Assembly (NCBI GenBank): GCA_035533215.1
Contig: DATLUG010000031.1
Span: 18,420-82,419, forward strand
Reading direction: 5' to 3'
Length of the DNA stretch: 64,000 nt
Source of the DNA: Candidatus Micrarchaeia archaeon
Lineage (GTDB): Bacteria; Chloroflexota; Dormibacteria; Aeolococcales; Bog-877
A model generated the notes under the pieces. That model searched no databases. It was not told the DNA's origin and saw only the letters and a program-made list of their open reading frames with translations. Positions 60,662 to 64,000 of the stretch are shown here, piece by piece (the first letter of the stretch is position 1; each line of letters opens with the position of its first letter). A program made the translations under genes and the position numbers.

Positions 60662-60918
60662 TGTCGAGAAGCTGATGACTGATGCGGCGCGTGCCTCTCC
60701 GATGAGGCAGAGCGAAGGAGGAGGTCGCGCGGTGATTCGACGGTGCGGGTTGTGCCGCTCCCGCAGCGGCCACCTCTGGAGCGGTGCGGGTCCGCAGTAG
60801 GTGCGGACTGACCGTGAGCTGCTGCACCCCTTCTCCCGGACCCTCACCCCTCGACGAGGGCGAGGTGGCGACCGTCGACGAGTAACTCTGGGGAGATTCA
60901 CCCGAGCGCCGTCAGCGT

Positions 60919-60952
60919 GGCGTCGCCGTCCGCCGCGGCGGACGGCGACGCC
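60919..60952. repeat. 34-nt perfect palindrome
   Basis: GGCGTCGCCGTCCGCCGCGGCGGACGGCGACGCC is its own reverse complement. It shares the 8-mers GCCGTCCG/CGGACGGC with the palindrome at 55971-56006. Confidence 0.6.
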
Positions 60953-60954
60953 GC

Positions 60955-61000
60955 CAAGTGGCCGTCCTGGCGCCGGTAGATGGAGCCCTCGCCGTTGCAG
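60955..61000 (-). pseudogene. Short integrase N-terminal fragment
   Basis: Minus-strand translation gives ...CNGEGSIYRRQDGHLAA..., where GEGSIYRRQDG is encoded by 60993-60961. This matches the conserved integrase N-terminus GEGSIYRRKDGRW. Homology stops at the palindrome. Confidence 0.3.
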
Positions 61001-61101
61001 GGCCTCGCCACCGCGGGAGGTGCGCCGGCCCGGGGCTGGTGCCAACCGGTGCCGAGGCCGCGGCTCGGCGCCCCGCCGAGGGTGATCGTGAACGCAGGTG
61101 C

Positions 61102-61176
61102 TGGCTGGGGCGGGAGGATTCGAACCTCCGATAACCTGATCCAGAGTCAGGCGCCTTACCACTTGGCGACGCCCCA
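61102..61176 (-). tRNA. tRNA-Gln (anticodon CTG), CCA encoded
   Basis: Minus strand: TGGGGCG TC GCCA AGTGGTAAGGC ... CCTGA CTCTGGA TCAGG ... GGAGG TTCGAAT CCTCC CGCCCCA G CCA. The U1:A72 pair is typical of bacterial tRNA-Gln. Confidence 0.95.
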
Positions 61177-61250
61177 AGGTCGGGACCCGGCCCCCCTCGG
61201 CCCCGGGCGACTCCCGGATTCCGCACGGCCCGGGCGATAGGCCCGTGGGC

Positions 61251-61279
61251 ATTGTACGGGCTGCCCGCTCGCTGGCCGA
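61251..61279 (-). promoter_or_regulatory. Candidate promoter upstream of tRNA-Gln
   Basis: On the minus strand, a -10 TACAAT (61256-61251) lies 75 nt upstream of the tRNA. A weak -35 TCGGCC sits at a 17-nt spacing. Confidence 0.25.
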
Positions 61280-61557
61280 GTGCGCGCGCCGGGCAGGTGA
61301 CGGATCGGAGTCCGCGGTCACAGGAAGACTTGCCCCCGGGCGGCTCCCGGGAGGGACGTCGGCGAGCGTGATGGCTGCGCTGGCCGTGCGCGGTTTGGGT
61401 TGAGGGGAGCCGGTCAGCGGCGGGCGCCGCTGGTCGAGGGCATCCATCCCCCAGCCCACCACCCGGACGCCGGCGCGGTGCACTCGGACCCACCCCCGGC
61501 TCGCTCGGTGACCGGGCGTCGTGCCCTGGGTGCGCACGATCGTGGCCCCCATCGCAC

Positions 61558-62118
61558 TCACGCCTCGTCTCCGTCCCATCCGACCTCGGCTGGCGGCCGG
61601 GGCGCCCGGGCCGGTCCGGCGATGCTCCCTGACGGCCCGTAGACGCGCCGGAGCTGGTCCGCGACCTGGGCCAGGTGGCGACGCACCTCGAGCGGGTCGA
61701 CCACCTCCAGCAGGTCGCCGAAGCCGGCCAGCTCGCCCGCCACCACCCGAGGCGAGGAGCCCCGGACGATCAGTTCGACGCGGCCCGCGGTCGCTCCGTC
61801 CCGTTCGGTGAGCCGGGTCCCGAGGACGAAGCGCAGGATCGGCACCGCCGCTGGGTCGGCCCGGATCGTGACCGCGAGCGGCCGCCGCCGCTCCTCGCTG
61901 GCGGACAGAATCCCCTGCCAGGCCGTCTCCAGATCGAATCCCTCGGGCCGCGTCACCGGATCGCGGGTGATCGACACCGAACGCACCCGGCTGACCCGGA
62001 ACGTGCGCCGGCCGTGCTCGGTGGTCGCCACCAGGTACCAGACGCCGCCCTTGTCGACGAGCCCCAGAGGATGGCCAGGTTTCGGTCCCAGGCTGGCCGG
62101 GAGCGGATCAGCGGCCAG
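61558..62118 (-). pseudogene. 5'-truncated WYL-domain transcriptional regulator (WYL + C-terminal WCX part only)
   Basis: The open frame starts right after an in-frame TGA (62119-62121): ...HPLGLVDKGGVWYLVATTEHGRRTFRVSRV...VELIVRGSSPRVVAGELAGFGDLLEVVDPLEVRRHL. No HTH domain is present, and only 35 nt separate it from the next gene's start. Confidence 0.6.
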
Positions 62119-62156
62119 TCACCCCACCGGGGCCCGGCCACCCAGGAGGCGAATCC

Positions 62157-62546
62157 ATGCCGGGTTTGGTCCCGCCGGTCGTCGACGAGCAGGAGGCGCT
62201 CCTCGCCCACCAGCGGGTCGGCCCCGACGAGACCCCGGTGGGGCTGCTGGAGCGCTACGCCGCCGTGGCCCGCCAGACACGGGCCACGGTCGTCTCGATC
62301 GCCGACCTGGGCCAGGCCGTGCCGGTACCGCCGGGGGTGCCGTGGTTCCCAAAGGATGTGGAGGCGTGGTCGGTGCGCTGGGTGCTCCTCCACCTGGTCG
62401 AGGAGACGGGCCGCCATCTCGGCCACGCCGACATCATCCGCGAGGCCCTCGACGGGGCCACCGCCATCCCGCTCCCCGCCGCGGCCGAGGAGTGGCCGGC
62501 GATGCCGTGGGTCACGCCCTGGGGGGCCGCTGCCGGGCCAGCCTGA
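62157..62546 (+). CDS. Short DinB-superfamily/DUF664-like protein (possibly internally deleted)
   Basis: ORF track, 129 aa, with SD AGGAGG 7 nt upstream. C-terminal motif WSVRWVLLHLVEETGRHLGHADIIREALDG. The N-terminal DEQEALLAHQR resembles the family N-terminus, but about 60-70 aa appear to be missing between the two. Confidence 0.55.
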   Translation: MPGLVPPVVDEQEALLAHQRVGPDETPVGLLERYAAVARQTRATVVSIADLGQAVPVPPGVPWFPKDVEAWSVRWVLLHLVEETGRHLGHADIIREALDGATAIPLPAAAEEWPAMPWVTPWGAAAGPA

Positions 62547-62577
62547 TCGGCCGGCCCGGGGAGGGCGACCCGCGCGC

Positions 62578-64000
62578 TCAGCCCGGCCGTGCCGCCAGGG
62601 CGGCCCGGGCTCGCCCGAGGCGGGCCCGGGCCAGCTCGGTCCCCACCAGGGCCACGGAGTCGGGCAGCGGGGGCGAGATCGGCTCGCCTGTGAGCGCGAC
62701 CCGAACGACGTGCATCCGGTCCCGCACCCGCTGCTTGGAGGCCGGCTCGGTCGTTCCCGGCTCCGGGGTGCCGGCGGCGGTCCGCAACCGGTCCATGAAG
62801 TCGGCGGGGTCGGCGTCCAGGGCGCGGGTGGCCTCGTCCAGCATCCAGAGGGCCTCGGCACGATCGAGACGCCCCCGGATCTGATCGGCATCCGGCTCCG
62901 GCTCGCGGAAGGCGAACGCGACGAGCGCGGGGACCTCGTCGAGGCGCTTGATCCGCTCCTGCACCATCGCGGCGATCGCGTGCCGCTGCTCGGCGGTGGC
63001 CGCCGGCAGCCAGGGCGCGAGCCGATCGGCGAGGGTGGCGACGTCGAGGCGCCGGATCCACACGCCGTTCAGGTGGTCGAGCCGCTGGCGGTCGAAGATC
63101 GAGGGGCTCGCCTGGAGCCGCTCGACCGTCATCCGCTCGCGCAGCTCAGCGAGCGAGAACACCTCCTCCTCGTTGCCCGGCGACCAACCCTGGAAGGCGA
63201 GGAAGTTCACCAGGGCCTCGGGGAGGTAGCCGAGGTCGCGGTACTCCAGGACCGATGCCGCCCCGTGGCGCTTGCTGAGCTTGGTGCCGTCGGGAGCCAG
63301 CACCCGGGAGACGTGGCCGAAGGCGGGCGGTCGCCAGCCCAGCGCCTGATAGAGGAGGAGGTGCTTGGGCGTGGAGGGCAGCCATTCGTCGGCGCGGATG
63401 ACCCAGGTCATCCCCATCTGGTGGTCGTCGACCACGTGGCCGAGGTGGTAGGTGGGGAAGCCGTCCGACTTCAGCAGGACCTGGTCGTCCACAGCGTGGT
63501 TGTCGATCCGCCTCGACCCCTGGACCAGGTCGTCCCACGCCGTCTCGCCGTCGGGGACGCGCAGTCGGACCACGTGGGGCTCGCCCGCGGACGCCCGCGC
63601 CGTGGCCTCCGCGGCCGGCACCGCCCGGCAGCGGTTGTCGTACCGGGTCGGCTGGCCGGCTGCGCGCTGAGCGGTCCGCAGTCCCTCCAGGCGCTCCGCC
63701 GTGCAGAAGCACCGGTAGGCGGCGCCGCTGCCGAGCAGCCGGTCGGCCGCCACCCGGTAGAGGGGAAGCCGCTCCGACTCGACGTAGGGGGCGCAGGGGC
63801 CACCCACCTCGGGCCCCTCGTCCCACAGGAGCCCGAGCCAGCGCAGGCTCTCCAGGATCGAGGCGAGACTGGTGGGGTCGAGGCGGTTGCGGTCGGTGTC
63901 CTCGATGCGAAGGAGGAACCGACCGCCCGGTCCGGCGAGGCAGTAGCTGAACAACGCGGTGCGGACGTTGCCGATATGGAGCGGGCCCGTCGGGCTGGGC
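62578..64000 (-). CDS. gltX: Glutamyl-tRNA synthetase; N-terminus beyond window edge
   Basis: ORF 62578..63954 extends in frame to the window end (...PSPTGPLHIGNVRTALFSYCLAG, the HIGN motif). KMSKS-like KLSKRHG. Confidence 0.95.
   Translation of the reverse strand, partial: PSPTGPLHIGNVRTALFSYCLAGPGGRFLLRIEDTDRNRLDPTSLASILESLRWLGLLWDEGPEVGGPCAPYVESERLPLYRVAADRLLGSGAAYRCFCTAERLEGLRTAQRAAGQPTRYDNRCRAVPAAEATARASAGEPHVVRLRVPDGETAWDDLVQGSRRIDNHAVDDQVLLKSDGFPTYHLGHVVDDHQMGMTWVIRADEWLPSTPKHLLLYQALGWRPPAFGHVSRVLAPDGTKLSKRHGAASVLEYRDLGYLPEALVNFLAFQGWSPGNEEEVFSLAELRERMTVERLQASPSIFDRQRLDHLNGVWIRRLDVATLADRLAPWLPAATAEQRHAIAAMVQERIKRLDEVPALVAFAFREPEPDADQIRGRLDRAEALWMLDEATRALDADPADFMDRLRTAAGTPEPGTTEPASKQRVRDRMHVVRVALTGEPISPPLPDSVALVGTELARARLGRARAALAARPG

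Larger units (their letters stand above)
56214..61123. mobile_element. Putative decayed tRNA-Gln-associated genomic island (lower-GC cargo, integrase fragment, att-like repeat)
   Basis: Spot GC is 57% (line 58381) and 62% (line 59041) inside, against 68-78% in backbone lines. An integrase N-terminal fragment sits next to the tRNA 3' end. TGGGGCAGGAGTCGA (56214-56228) resembles the tRNA 3' half TGGGGCGGGAGGATTCGA (61106-61123). Confidence 0.4.

Overview
High-GC bacterial chromosomal segment: spot counts give about 68-78% GC in the backbone. It is densely coded on both strands. I support about 58 protein genes or gene remnants, 2 tRNAs (Lys-CTT, Gln-CTG) and 1 cobalamin riboswitch. I see no rRNA, no CRISPR array and no intact transposase or integrase.

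Backbone genes: folC, pntAA-pntAB-pntB, otsA/otsB, a CDF exporter, an orphan XDH/CoxL-type molybdopterin subunit translationally coupled to a MacB-like ABC exporter, split accD-accA divergent from fabH-fabF, a MoxR ATPase, a fucD-like dehydratase, ECF sigma-ogt, typA and gltX.

Most interesting regions:
- (i) A roughly 9.7-kb Tad/Flp-type pilus locus headed by an ECF sigma and next to a divergent two-component system. It encodes cpaB, tadZ, tadA, tadB, tadC, two tadE-like, one tadG-like, a second ParA-like protein and one unknown. I find no Flp pilin or prepilin peptidase, and both ParA-like proteins have lysine-less P-loops.
- (ii) A B12-riboswitch-controlled ECF transporter operon: DUF4430-like lipoprotein, EcfT, fused EcfA, S component, and a 63-aa CxxC zinc-ribbon ORF.
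- (iii) A 660-aa secreted protein with 4 Ig-like repeats plus 5 GYW blades, including 129-bp tandem DNA repeats.
- (iv) Integrase N-terminal remnants beside the 3' ends of both tRNAs. The tRNA-Gln remnant bounds a roughly 4.9-kb lower-GC cargo (GntR, nitrilase-family, orphan SBP, RraA-like).
- (v) Gene scars: a frameshifted isochorismatase/PncA-like gene, a 5'-truncated WYL regulator and a shortened DUF664/DinB-like gene.

All functional calls rest on motif recognition in translated ORFs and on my own reading of the DNA; no database search was possible. Many of the long ORFs in the supplied track are off-frame or antisense artefacts of high GC and are not reported as genes.
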